NCBI GenBank assembly: GCA_029717555.1
Contig: JAMDHS010000007.1
Location: 1 to 64,000 of the forward strand
DNA from: Peribolospora baueri
Taxonomy: Eukaryota
DNA: 64,000 nucleotides
Reading direction: 5' to 3'
Part shown: one piece after another, positions 24,102 through 38,200 of the stretch
Position numbering within the stretch: the stretch's first letter is position 1
Layout: every line of letters starts with the position of its first letter
Position numbers and translations under genes: made by a program
The notes under the pieces: generated by a model
Seen by the model: only the letters and a program-made list of their open reading frames with translations
The model's database searches: none
What the model was told of the DNA's origin: nothing

Positions 24102-24581
24102 ATCAAGTCCAAACGACATGCCAAGGCTAGGAAGCAGGGAAGAATGGCTGGCTCACTGTTGGTTTTAAAACGGTAAATTCGGCACAGATGTCATTGAACC
24201 AAGGTCGGCACACTCGCGGTCGCTTCATGGGGCCAAAGAACCCGACCGTTTTGACTTAGGAGTCCCATTCTACGTTCTACTGTAGTGAATCGGACACATT
24301 TCTCGCGACATTAGCACAATGCCAACAGATTGTAATCTTCCATGAATGTGCACACATATACGGACAGAGACGGGAGCAAGGGTAGAACAGAACAACACAA
24401 GAAGGACGGCGAACAGGAATGTAGAGAAGTGAAATAGGCAAAGAAAGGGGGAAAGGGAGAAGGACGGTCACAGGTAAAACCCAGCAAAGATGACGGACTA
24501 CATAAGCGAAAGAGAAACGATATTGACGCAAGGACTAGGGGTGGGTGCGGATCGAATGACGAAAAGACTCGTCGACGCTAA

Positions 24582-27500
24582 TCACGCCAGCTTGACCTCC
24601 TCGCCTTTGTTGCCATCAGAGAGGAGAACGACGGCCTGCGAGCAGGCAAGCGCGGACAAGGACAAGGGAAAAGACGGCGAGGGTCCCATCAACAATATCT
24701 CCTCCCTACTGTCCCTAATGGTTCGCCACTTACATATTTGCCGCTGATCCTCCAACCGGACTCCTCCTTATCGAGCCTTTCGGCCGTGGCGGCATCGATG
24801 CCCACCACGACGTCGCTTTTGATCGTACGCAGGGAGCACACTGGCGGCGCACCCCCTTCGCTCGCTAGCGGGCCGATAGCAATATTGAAGGGTGTCGAAG
24901 GCGGCGCATGGCAATCGTAGGTCTGCAGACGGTTATAGCATAGTGTTAGTACGGTTGTGAACGTCAAGAAAATATGTCTCATGCCCATTTAGAGGAGAAG
25001 CGATGCGACGGAGACTCACTAGCTTGCGATGGTTGAGGTCGCCCTTGAAGATGACCAGGTCGGAGTTGGACAGATGCAGGAAGACTGGGGAATGGTCCGC
25101 TTGTACGTCAGACTCGATAGCTCCAACTAGGCTCAAAACTAGACCGCTCTCCTCTTACCATCTGGCGCCTCCCGCGCGAGCTCCCAGTAAGTGTACCCGG
25201 TGCACCAGAAAGGATGCTGCTCGTATATCCACTTCCCGTCCCTCTCGTACTGCTTCCACCTGAACCCAAGCTGCCTCAAGCTCTGCATCTCTGCGTCGCT
25301 CGCTTCGGGGAAGAGCTGGCCGTAACACATCGTGTTCAAAAGCCACTCCCAGTCCTTGCGCGTCACGTCAGAAACGAACCAGGGGAAGCGCTTGCCGTGA
25401 AAGCGCACTTCGTTCGCGATGTTTGCTTGCATAAGCCAATCGGCTACAGACGTCCCACATAAAGAGCGAGAGTCAGCGCGGGGAGAGGGAGAAAGATGTG
25501 CTCGACTGGACAATACTTACCATAGACGCAGTCGCAATATAGCTCGAAGCCGGCGTTATCAAGGACGATATCAATCCTGAACACGACACGGAAGATTACG
25601 ACCTGATCAGCGCCAAGAAGGAGAGCGGGAACCAAGGCAATACGCTGAAGAGAAGGCAGTGGCAACGGCCAAATCCGCCGAAGCGAGTCCATTTCTTACC
25701 TGCCACCCTGCATGGTGCTGACGAGCTTCCAAAGCCGATCGAGATGGTTGCCAAGGATGTTCTTCTCCGTCTCTGCAAGGTGCTCACCGCCCGTCGACTG
25801 CAGCTTCTTGATGTCCTCCTCAGTCATCTATTCAGCGGGAGAGGGATCGAAGAAGGGCGAGTTGAGCGAGACGTTCTTGGAAAAAGCCCCGCAAAAGGTA
25901 GACCGACTCACGTTGATTAGGAGCGATAGGTCGGTCGAGTTCTGCGCGAATGACAAAGCAAACAAGTCGTCACGTCAGCCTGGACACCGGCAGACGGCTC
26001 GATGAAGGAATCGTACTCACTCCCCACAAGCACACTGATTCAAGGCGGAGCGAGTAGCAAGCGGCCGTGATGACAATAAGCAGACGTAGTTAGCGACGGA
26101 CCTTCTCCAGCTGTACGGTCGTCACCTGACAAGCGGGTCTCACCCTGAGTCAGCTCATGGAAGAGCAACTTCTTCGCTTCGAGCTTCTCCTCCTCAGTGG
26201 CTCCCAACTTGTATTTAAAAGTGCTAGCGAAGCTGCACGCGAGAAGTACGAGTGCAAAGCAAAATGAAGACCCTGCGTCAGCCTTTCGGGGCTCGGCTGG
26301 ACAGAGAGATGCAGAGAGCTCGTCGACCCACCGAGTGGACAGCTCAAACACAGCCTGTCCGGACCGACTGAACGTCTCACATTTCTGCGAAGCGACGGAA
26401 ACACGAGAAATTGAGATTATTCGCCCACCAACAGAAGGACTAGATCGCGACTTACCTGCCTGAAGAAGACGTCGTAGTCCTTCCAGTACTTGGAAATACT
26501 CTGATTCAAACCATAAGCAGTAATTCAGCAAAACTGTTACGAGGCCGGAATCTAGAAAGGGCAGAAGGAAAGGTGACACCCACAAAGCATTCATGCAACC
26601 TCCTGTACTTGTATGCTTCAGCGAACAACCACGGGGCGTTCATGAAATTCTTACCTGTACGAGAACGAAATGGACAGTGAGCAGGTCAACGAAGAGGAGA
26701 GCAATTTAGTCCTCACTTCAATGCTGGCCGCTTGCTCACCCCTGAAGTACTTGGCGATCTCCTTGTTCCACAGGGGGATGTCACCTTCGCCGTCGTCGAT
26801 GATGGGCCTGTCCTCATAGAAAGTGCATGGTGTCAGGAGGAGATCCATTCACAGCGGGTCAGCTACCTAAATCTTTGGTCAGCCGGTCGGCGCGACGTTG
26901 GACTAAATCGGGACAGACCTGAGGTTGCGATTCTTATGCAAGTCCTCCATGAGGTCGTGCATGCGTTGCAGACAAGCGCTCAGATCTACGATGAAGTCCT
27001 CTGAGCTCTGTTCGTTGAGCGTTTTGACGACGTCGTCCATGGCCTTGCCCAGGATGGTGGGCAGGCGTTTGCCCATCGTCTCATGCGCGAAAGAGTACTC
27101 ATGGTAGCCGCGGTAGGCTGGCCAGGGCGGGTTGTTCGGGTCGACCTAGGCGGCGGAGGTGATGAGCAGGGGTGGTAAGGGTCACTTGCTGCTGGAAAAC
27201 CAAGACGGCATGCCGTCAAATTGAGCATTAAATGGAAACACTCACTCTGCCGGGAGTGTGTGGATACTGAAAGAACACGGGGAGAGATAGATGGGCAGAC
27301 AAGTTCAGTCTCCTGCTCGCAGCTCTTGGCTGTCAACGCTATTGCGAACACCGCAATGGTTCACTCCCGGCGATGACACTGTCATTCGGCTACTCACCTT
27401 GATGTCGTCATACATCCATGTAAAGCCAACATAGTCGGCGACGGCGTGCGGCGACATCGGCGAGATTGGGGGTGTGAAAGACGTGGAGACGGACGATGAC

Positions 27501-27601
27501 GACCGTACGGAGGAGGTGGAGAACGAGGACCGGCCCGAACCGGGGATTGAGTCCGGTGACGACGCGGGCGGCATGGTAGACAGCAAGCCACGTAGGGACA
27601 T
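24582..27601 (-). CDS. DUF89 / ARMT1-like damage-control metal-dependent phosphatase
   Basis: YSFAHETMGKRLPTIL; NAPWLFAEAYKYRRL; LWG|NSTDLSLL; IVLDNAGFELYCD; FHGKRFPWFVSDVT; DLVIFKGDLNHRKL; RTIKSDVVVG; stop at 24582-24584. Confidence 0.93.
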
Positions 27602-30065
27602 GGTTGCGGCGTGCGGAGGGCAATAGGTGCGGTGGGTGTAGGAGAAAGAGGGAGACAACGTGAGTAGGTGGAAAATGACGATGGACGCGATGAGGAGGGG
27701 ACCAAGTGGGAGCGCTACGGGACGATGTAGACGGGCTCTTTAAGGAGGTGCAAGGTGGCCGAGCTCATGGAGCAAAGGCGGCGACGGAAAGCAGCCATGC
27801 AGAACAAGAGAGGATATGGGCCGGCCGGGTCCTCCGCTCTGAATCGCAGGCCGGGGAACAACGTCTAACCGGCGACCGCGTCGATCACAAGCGGCGATCA
27901 AGGCAGAGGGAAGGAAACCAAGAAGAAGGGACGAAAAAGGCGAGCGCCGTCTAGAATGAAGTCGCCGAAGTGGACGAAGAAGAGGAGTTGGAAGCGACAA
28001 CGGACGGGAGAGGCAGCGACGACAAGGGACACGTTCCTGGTCGAAGAGCCGCTATCCGTCGAAGCCCGGCCTTATGTATGCCGATGAGGGCGTGGACCTG
28101 GGACGGAGCGAACTAAGCGACCATGATTCTGATCATGATCACCATCCGCTCCAATCTCAGAGAGAAAAGGAAAGAAAATGTCGAAGCGGAAAGAACGTAG
28201 GCAGTCGCCTGCCTGAGCGGATAAACGCGAGACATGTGGGACCGCGGAATGGACGACGCGGAGCGGATGATGTGTCGGCCAATATCGCGGCAATATCGCA
28301 CGGCCCCCGGTCGTCGTCAGCGGCGACGACGACGAGACGCGCAAACAGGACGACCAAATCAGGCAAGGGGGGCAAAAGGGGGAAGTTACCGGGGACTCCG
28401 GGCGAGGACCTTAGGCGTCCATTGCCCGAAAAGGAAGGTGACGTGACGCCGGTGCGATCACTCGCAGCGCATTTGTTCCCGTTCCCGATCGTCCGTCCGT
28501 ACGGCGCGCACGGGGCGACAAGATGACCGATCTCGACGTCGTTCCACTGGTGACGTCGCCATCAACGGCGAGCAAGTGAGGAGGAAGACGACGAACGGCG
28601 GGAACGAGAGCAATAAAACCAGGGAGACCGTGGACTCGCAAGCAAACCGCTCGATCAGGGTAAAACAACGGCCAACGAGGCCGATCCCAGCGGCGGTTCG
28701 CGTTCGAGAGACAGAACCGAAACAAGACTCGGCGCGAAGAAGAGAAATTAGAAGGGAGCGGAAAAGGGAAGAAGGATGACGGGAATGGAGAGAGCCAAAG
28801 CCGGAAGCCGGAATCCGGAATCCGGCGGCAGGTCCGCCCATTGGACGCGATGCCCATGACCGCCGCCCTTCGCTTCACCCGAGGAGACAAGACCACAACA
28901 ACACATGCCATCCTTAAGCGCCTCGCGCACGCCAGAAGAAGCAAAAGAGAAAGCAGAATCCAGAATCCAGGGTGCAGGAAGAACAAAACGGCCATTGGCC
29001 GAGCCAAGGGACGGACGTAGGAGAGCCGCAGCGTACGCGACAACGTACCCCTAGAATGGAGCAATCAAGCGATACTCACCACATCGGACCCATAACCGTC
29101 GGCTTTGGGAGGCAGGTTCCCCAGGTTTAACAGTGTGCGCGCGATTGGCTTGGCCGAAGGATGGCTCTTGTTTGACATGGTGGTTTCGTTGGCCTCAGGT
29201 GTTGTCATCCAACGTCGTGTTGTCCGCCGGAGGTCGTGGCACCTCGCCATGGCCCCGCGCCATCTCCCCCAGTTACGGGGTATGACTGCGGCAATGCCTC
29301 TGGTTCTCACGGGAGTCCGATCACTCGCCGCAGGGAGGCCGCAGTCTGGAGCTCTCGCCCGCATCCGAAGCTCAGGTGTAGAGAATCCGTCCGCTCGTTA
29401 ACGGCATCTATAGTTCATTACTTCCCTTCAACACAAAGCTCTCTCGGAGGAACAGCTTTTGACCTTGGTTATGTGCGCCGACGACGGGGGATGTGGTCAG
29501 ATTGGTCAGAGAGGGCCCCTGTTGTAGTCTCTTCACTTCTCCATGACGCACGCCTCCACGCTTCGCTTGGCGCCTGCCAGTTGCTGGCTGCGTTGACAAT
29601 CTCGAGATCCCTTTCCAGGCTCCCATTCACCGCTGTTCTGGCACACAAACGCGCTTTGAAGCTGGGCCGACGTAACGTGCGCTCCTCGCCAGCTTTGGGA
29701 GGTACGACAACTTTCTTCAGCGTCGCCATCTCGCTTGCCTTCACGTACAAGAAAATTGGATTCCTCGCCCTGTTTGTTCAGTCAATTCTTAACGTGGTTG
29801 GGAGGAGAAAAACTGCGAGCTGAGGTGTGTAGACAGTGAAAGAGTGAATCATCCAAGTACTCCTTCAACGTCAGCGCAATTCAACAAGGGGCATCATAGA
29901 TTCCAGGGGACCCATTTGCAACACTCTCTTGGACTCTGCGCCAACATCAGCGGCGGTGCACGGACGAGGTGGCGTGGAGCATAAATATGGAAAAATTGCT
30001 GAACAAGTCTTCGCGGTTCATGTGAGCGACGGTAAGGCCGCTCCGGGTGGGCCCGTGCGCACATG

Positions 30066-30120
30066 TAACCCTAACCATTGCAAGAGTTATACAGCCTGAG
30101 GAAGCGCTTACAACCCTAAC
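30066..30120 (+). promoter_or_regulatory. Two AACCCTAAC (telo-box/Tbf1-like) motifs upstream of RPL40
   Basis: TAACCCTAAC at 30066-30075 and AACCCTAAC at 30112-30120, 110-160 nt before the ATG. Confidence 0.55.
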
Positions 30121-30226
30121 ATGGCCATATTCGTTTGGCTGCGGCACGTCGCCTTGAGAGGGACCCCGTATCAGGCATTCACCTCAAACTTCTCCGAGAT
30201 TCACGCCGCCATCGCCACCAGTCAAG

Positions 30227-31182
<956 letters not shown>

Positions 31183-31624
31183 TTGATTCGCCTCTATAAG
31201 CCTCATTGGTTTGGTGTTCCCCGCTCCGGCACTGTATGAGCAAGCCCATCTCTCGCCTGCCTTGTACTACATGACATTCCTCTCTCCATGGCGAAGCATG
31301 CTCGTTCCCCAGCATTTGGTTACCACACACGGTCCGGAGACAGACCGAATCGACCAAAGCTGTCTGGCTCCATTCGACTTTGACCCAGTCGCACGATAAG
31401 GCAAGGCGTTTTGGATTGGTTCTACCACCCACCGTGTCTCGTTGAAAAACATGATCGTGTCTCGTTAAAAACATGGAGGTCGTGAACTGAAGAAGAAAGG
31501 AGTCTGTGGTTGGCCACCGCTTCCCATGTTCTAAACTCTGCCGAAGCTTTTGACGTATACGTATGACCACAAGCAGTTTTGGACAAATACTCTGATTCGG
31601 TTGTCGTTGAGTCTAGCCGCCAGC

Positions 31625-34600
31625 TCAAACGGCAGCGCCGGGGGGAGCTTGCAAGTTCATAGCGTGCGAGCCATTGTCGCCCCTGGCCAGGTTTTTGCCC
31701 AGATCGGGGTGTTGCTGGCGGGCCTTTTCGAGCACGCGCGCCATGCCGTCCAAGCTGGAATGGGGCGTCATTAAGTTAGAATCAGCAACGGCGAGCTACC
31801 TCGGAATTTATTAAAGCCAGAGAGCATGAGGCGGATCGATACGCACCCCTTGTCGAGCTGATCCAGGGGAGGACCAAAGCTGAGCCGGACGAACTGCTCG
31901 CAGGGCTACGAGGGCAAGATCCGTAGATGAAGAGAGTATCGACAGTGTCGCTCGTCAGACCTCTCGCTTCGTTCACCACACCTCCACTGCAGGTAGCAGA
32001 ACGCCAAGCTCCACGGTGGCGGTCAAGATAGAAAAAGCGGATGGGCATGCTTACGCTGTCAACGAGATTACGCCTGTGAGAGGGGTTGACATCGAAGAAG
32101 ATGCCGGGCACGACGATTACCTGGATGAAGGACAAGTTGTCGAGCAATGAACAGGCGTGAGCAAGGCGAGTTCCGTGGAACTAATTCACCGAGGCTCATC
32201 GACCCGAGCTAAAGGGCCTCGGGACCCCAATGCGAGCTCACCTTCTCCTTGAGAAGCTCTTCGAAGAATACGAGGCCCGAGTTGAGCGGGTGGGGCAGGC
32301 TGCTCAGATTGAGCCTGTATGTTGCCACCAAAGGCAGGAGGCGTGAAAAAAACGTCTCTTCGCGAAGGAACACTTAAGTGAATTGAGTGTGGGCTAGATG
32401 TGTCCGCTCACCAGATGTAGAAAGTCGCCTTGGGAGGGACCTTAACGGGCAAGCCCATCTCCGCGAGACGCTTCAGGACGTGGTTGCGCTTGAGGCGGAA
32501 ATGCTAAATAGGAAGAGAGGATATCGCCACAGGAATTTGTTCAGCATGACTTTCAATTCACCGTTGCTTGGGAAGGAAGAGCTTTAGTCAAAGAGATGGC
32601 TCACCTTCTGCAGGGCAAGACGGTCGTTGCGGATGCGGTCGGGCTCGACTGTAGTCGAACATATGAACGAAGAGAATGGATCAGTCAACGTATCCTCATT
32701 CATCAAGAACCTCCCATTTGTAGATGAAGGTGCTCACGCATCTGGAGGGCAAGACACTGCATAGGGTGAGAAGAGCTGAATGAAGTAGGAGCGAGAGCAA
32801 ATTAGACGGTCCTTTTCCAGCAAAAACTATATCCAGTTCGAGTATATTCACCCTCCGTCGAGGTAGGAGCCAGACTGGTTGAGCGCCGAGATCATTTCCT
32901 TCGGTCCGACAACCCAGCACACGCGCCAGCCCGGGCAGCTAAGAGCGGGAGGGGACGCGGGCCATATGCATGAAAGCCGACGTCAGCCAGAACGTCTATG
33001 ACCAGGAGATTAGACATTCTTCAGAAGGGTTGAGGTCCATCAGGAGACCCGTTTTACTTACCGCCAGTTCTTCGTCAGACCATCGATGAGGATGACCGAG
33101 TCCCTGTTGACGTCCTCGACGTATTCTGCGGCTGCAGGAGGAGATGGAGGAATCGGTTCATCGCGTGTGCAACACCTTCATGCTCGGCGCGACTCTGCAC
33201 GCACCCGACACGCCTCTGCCGAGTTCACCCTCGTGCTGGTACCCTGTTCCAACAGAAGGCAAAGAGCAGAACCAGTCGGGTGGCGTCAGCGCTGCCGCCT
33301 TTCAAAGGGCCAAACAATCCCCAACCGAGGTCTCGGGAGATGGCGACCGAGCACCGGAAACATACAAGAGTAGAATTCGTCAAGGATGATCGTGCATCTG
33401 CCGTCGGCCAGTTTTGTGAGCTGGTTCAGCTCCTCGCCCTCAATCACTTGGCCGGTAGGATTGCGAGGGTTGGACAGACAGACAACGGACAAGCCACTGG
33501 AGGGGGGACGGCGAAGGACATTATATGAGGACTCGAGGTATCACTCCATGTAATAGAACGCTGGCCTGCCACATACCGGTTACGAATCTCTTTAGCCAGA
33601 TTATCGACCTTGAGCTTCCATTCGTCCGCCTCCTCGAGTAAGGTAGGGATGGGCACGAGGCGTTTGAAAACAGAGAGCATGGACTCGTAGCTGGCAAGAA
33701 GAGGGTCATGTGCGAAAGGAGGCGTAAGAGGGTCGAGTCCAGGCTACGGTAGAGCTTAATGTCATCATGGTTCACTCCGGAAAAGCAAAGCGCTCACGCG
33801 GTGTACTCGGGCAGTTGATAGCTGGATGCAAGCAAGATTGTAGAAGTCAAGAGTCAGGTGAGAACACGACGAGCCAGACCGCCTCACCAGCCGCGTCGTC
33901 GAGTCGCAATGCGCCCTGCCCGTCCTCTGAGCAAAAGCCCCGACGCAACTCACCCGCAGTTCACATCTCCAATAACGGCGGCCAGTCTCGCTAGGCCGGC
34001 CCTGCCACCGGGGACGATGCAGACGTTCTCCGGTCCGTATTGGCTCTGCTTTCCCTGACGATATGTGGTGTTGTAGTAGTCCGCGACGGCTTCGCGTAGA
34101 GGGAGGATGCCCGTGGTGGGAGCGTACTCGTGCACCCCGTCCCCAAGAGCATCAAGGTCCAAAATACCAGGCTTCGGCATGGCATCAGGGATGTGCCCGG
34201 TCTCGGGAGCGCCTTGTCCGAAATTAGCCCACTCCGGATTCTCATAGGAGAAGCCGTTCTTCGAGAGGCATTACGACAAACCAGGACAAGAGCGGGGGCG
34301 GAACAAGCGCATACCGTAAGTAAGAGCCGAGCACGCACCCTCTGCTTGGGTGCGAAGCGACGCCTCACTCACCTTCATGGCTCGATCCATGACGAAGATG
34401 ACGCCTGAGAGAGATTTTTTGGAGAGAAGAAGGCGGAGCGTGGGCGCATGAATCGCTCTCAAACCTCAGGGCACTGCAGAAGAAGTAGGGTACTGTTTCT
34501 TCCGTCGTCACACGACCTTACGCCGTCGTCACTCCGACTCACTCACCCGTACTGCCGGGATGGGTGATGCCGGGTATGGTCTCATGGTAATCCGCTTCTT

Positions 34601-34813
34601 GCTTAACCCCGTGTCCGCGGTGGGCACGAAAGATCTGGTGAGCCTCGGACTCCTTCTCGTGACGAATCTGCTCGAGCACTTGCTCAGCTACTTCGCGGAA
34701 GCTGTGGGCCGTTGGTGCGCAGCGAGGACGGAGGAGGAACAAGTCGTTAGAAAACGAGATTGTCGCGTCGCGGTCGCGTCCACCCGTCGACCGTGCCCCC
34801 ATACTCACTGCAT
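31625..34813 (-). CDS. PLP-dependent aminotransferase class I/II, many exons
   Basis: ANFGQGAPETG; EYAPTTGILPLREAVADYY; ENVCIVPGGRAGL; LSNPRNPTG; IILDEFYS; IDGLTKNW|RLPGWRVCW (PLP lysine region). First exon is ATGCA followed by gtgagt. Confidence 0.93.
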
Positions 34814-35251
34814 GCTGTCCTGCTGTTCAGAAGACGATGAGGGTTGGAAAGAGGAGGGCTCCACCGGCGGCGCCATTGCCAGCAGCTTATACAGTAGCTA
34901 TTTATGGGGCTGAAGTCGTCCGACCTCGGCAGCGCCACCACAACGCCTACGCCGATCGCCGGGAGGGACCATTATCGCGGATGTTAACCGCCATCCGTAC
35001 TAACCCTAAGTAGTCGGCGGCTCGGCGCACGGGCCTCCTCCTCTCCTTGACAGCCGGCTTCGTCGGCTCGCCATCCAGCCTCTCTTACTCTGCCTTCGCT
35101 GCCTCGCCTGCGTCTCTCCTTTTTGGGCCGGTTTCCATCGGCCGGAACGGTGAAGGTAGGAATAGAACAGATTGGAGCCCAACATAATCCATCGTCATAA
35201 AGCGACAAGCAAGGACGGCAGCATCTGATCTAAAAGCGAGAGCACAATTTC

Positions 35252-38200
35252 CTACAGCCTCGCCTGCCCCTGCCCGCCTGGGCGCTTCCTTCCAACCTCC
35301 CTCTCCCTATCCTTACCCCTTCCAACCTCATCCCTCCTGGCTAGGAGCCCCTCAAACAGTTCTACTCCGAATGCAGCCTCCAACGCCTGCCAGATGGAGC
35401 GGACGTAAACAATCTCGAGCTCTTCTGCGACGGATTTGGGCAAGTCGGCTGCCACGTCCTTGTGGTTCCTTTCTGGAAGGAGCACACGCTTGATGCCCGC
35501 TCTGTGGGCCCCAAGGACCTTCTCCTTGATTCCACCCACGGGAGTCACGTTGCCTCGGAGCGTGATTTCACCCGTGGCGGCGAGCGTCGTGGGAAGAGAA
35601 CGCTTGGTGAAGAGGGAGACGAGAGAGAGCACCATGGCGACGCCGGCCGAGGGGCCATCCTTAGGGATCGCGCCGCTGGGGAGATGTCTAGGACATGAGG
35701 GCGAGAGTGCCGTCATTCAGAACCAAACAACCATTTTTAAACGAGGATGGCAGGGCCAAAAAAAGAGACTCACAAGTGGATGTCGTTCTTGGGGAATTCC
35801 GCTTCCTTGCTCTCCGTGATGCCGAGTTCAAAGGCGTGTGCTTTGACCCAGCTGAGCCCTAGCGTAGCGCTCTCGGAGATGACGTCGCCCAAAGAGCCGG
35901 TGAGCTTGAGCGACCCGGAGCCGCCGGGCATGAGGATGGATTCGATGTGCAGGATGCCCCCGTTGCCAGAGCCTTGGTAGGCCAGACCGGTGGCGATGCC
36001 GGGTCTGGCCTCCGTCTCTGCCACCTCTGGCTCGAACTTTTCAATACCGAGAATCCGCTCCAGATCCTCGACCGTCACCTTGGCGTCGTACGTCTTCCTC
36101 TCACCCTTTCCACCTTCCTTCTGCATTCCCGCCCGTGCCTCCCTGCCCTTGTGCCTCATTTCGGCAAACTCAACCGCCTTGCTTCTCACCACCGCTCCAA
36201 TTTCCCTTTCCAAGCTCCTCACGCCGGCCTCACGGGTGTAAGCGGTAGCGATCTGCAAAATCACATCATCCCCCATGACCACGTGCTCAGGCTTCAATCC
36301 CTGAGCGCGTACTTGCTTGGAGAGAAGATACTTCCTAGCGATCGCCAGTTTCTCGTCCCACGAGTATCCAGAAACGCGAATGACCTCTGTACGATCGAGG
36401 AGAGGCTCGGGAATGGTGTCGAGGGTGTTGGCGGTGGCGATGAAGAGCACCTTAGAGAGATCGATGGGTACATTGATGTAGTGATCGTTGAAGGCATGAT
36501 TCTGTAAGCCGGCACAACGAAACGGAAAGGTATGGTTTATGAGCCAAGGTGGGCCCATGGCGACAGAGACAACTACAACCAGGTCTACTGACCTGCTCAG
36601 GATCCAGCACCTCCAACATGGCCGCACTCGGATCGCCGTGGTATCCGGAAAACGCATTGAGCTTGTCGATCTCGTCAAGCAAGAAGACGGGATCATTCAC
36701 GCCGACTTTTCGGAGGCCTTGAACCTGGGATTGTGAGGACGATTTGACCGCCGTCAGTAGTTGCGCTTCCCAATCAGCAATGGAGACACGGGGCACTGCC
36801 GCCGCCGATGATAAATAAACTCAGGAGCGAGTCCAGTCGAGGTGCTCACAATAGCGCCGGGCATGGCGCCCACGTACGTCCTACGATGGCCGCGGATTTC
36901 GGCCTCGTCCCGCACGCCGCCAAGCGAGATGCGGTGGAACTTGCGGCGAAGCGCGGTGGCGAGGGAACGGGCTATTGATGTCTTTCCCGTTCCCGGGGGA
37001 CCCACAAGCTGTGTGGAAGTAGAGCGGAGCGTAGTGGAGGATAGTGAGCAGATGGGTCCGGCCGATGTCATGCGAGTAGATGGGACAACGAATTGAACGG
37101 CTCACAAGTAGGATAGGCCCCTTGTCAGCGACAGTGACTCTCTTCCTCTTGCTCCTTTCCTTATCCTTCCTCTCCCTCTCCTCCTCCTCCAACAACTCAT
37201 CGAAAGGTCCATTCAATCCCTCCCTCTCCTTTTCCTTCCCCTTCTCCTTCTTTCCTTGTCCCAAGCTTTTAGTTCCACCGGCACGCTGGAGCATCTCCTC
37301 TTTTTTCTTCTCCTCACCAACATCCCTCGCCAGCCTGTTCCGCTCGGCAGCCTCCTCAGCCGCCTCCGCCTCGGCGGCCTGCTCCATCTTGAGGCCAAGC
37401 ACGGCGAGGTACTCTACCAAGCGACGCTTGATCTTGTCCAAGCCGTAGTGGTCCTCATCCAGTATTCTCCGGGCGCGGGCCACCAAATCCTCTTCGTCCG
37501 TCGTTCCCGCTTTCTTGCCTTCCTCGCTCATAGCGTCTCTCGTGTCCTGAAGCGCATCCAGAGAAGTCCGCTCCCATGGCAAGTCGACAATCCACTCGAG
37601 GTAGGACATGATGACGCCTCTTTCCATGCTCTGAGGCGGGATGCGACCGAGGCGCTTGAGCTCCCTCTCGGCCGCTCTCCGTGCCTCTTCCGAGAGAGGC
37701 GCAGAGGCGACACGGCGCTTGAGCTCTGCCAATTCGTCCTCTTCCTCGTCTTCCTCGTCATCCTCCGACGATGGCCCGCTGCGGGCGCCGGGGCCTCGTA
37801 CGCCTGGCGGGAAAAAGCCAGGAAGGGGTCCTCGAGAGGTGCGAGAGGGAGAAAGGGAACGTGAATTGGGAGGCGTGGGATAAGAGGAGGCAGGGAGAGC
37901 CGCGCGGACGCGCGGGTTGAGGGCTGCCAGCTGGGAGATCATGGATTGCAGGCGTTGGCGGAGCAGGGCCTCGCGCTGGTTGCTGCTGAGCGAGGAGGAG
38001 ACGGTCTGGCTCAGGTGTCGTGAGGCCTGGCGCAGGCGAGAGGAATGGATTGTCAACATTGCGAAACAGCGAAGATGAGCCGGAGAGAAGGGAGTATGAC
38101 TGCACTCTTCTGCTAGTCGAGTAACCTACCTTTAAGGCCTCATTCGTCTCTCTCAAAACGCTGATCAAGGACGTAACCCTCTCCTTGACCTTCCACTGGC

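Noticed and set aside
23795..24124. Mirror-image ORFs on both strands
   Set aside because: An automatic consequence of the palindrome; no coding evidence.
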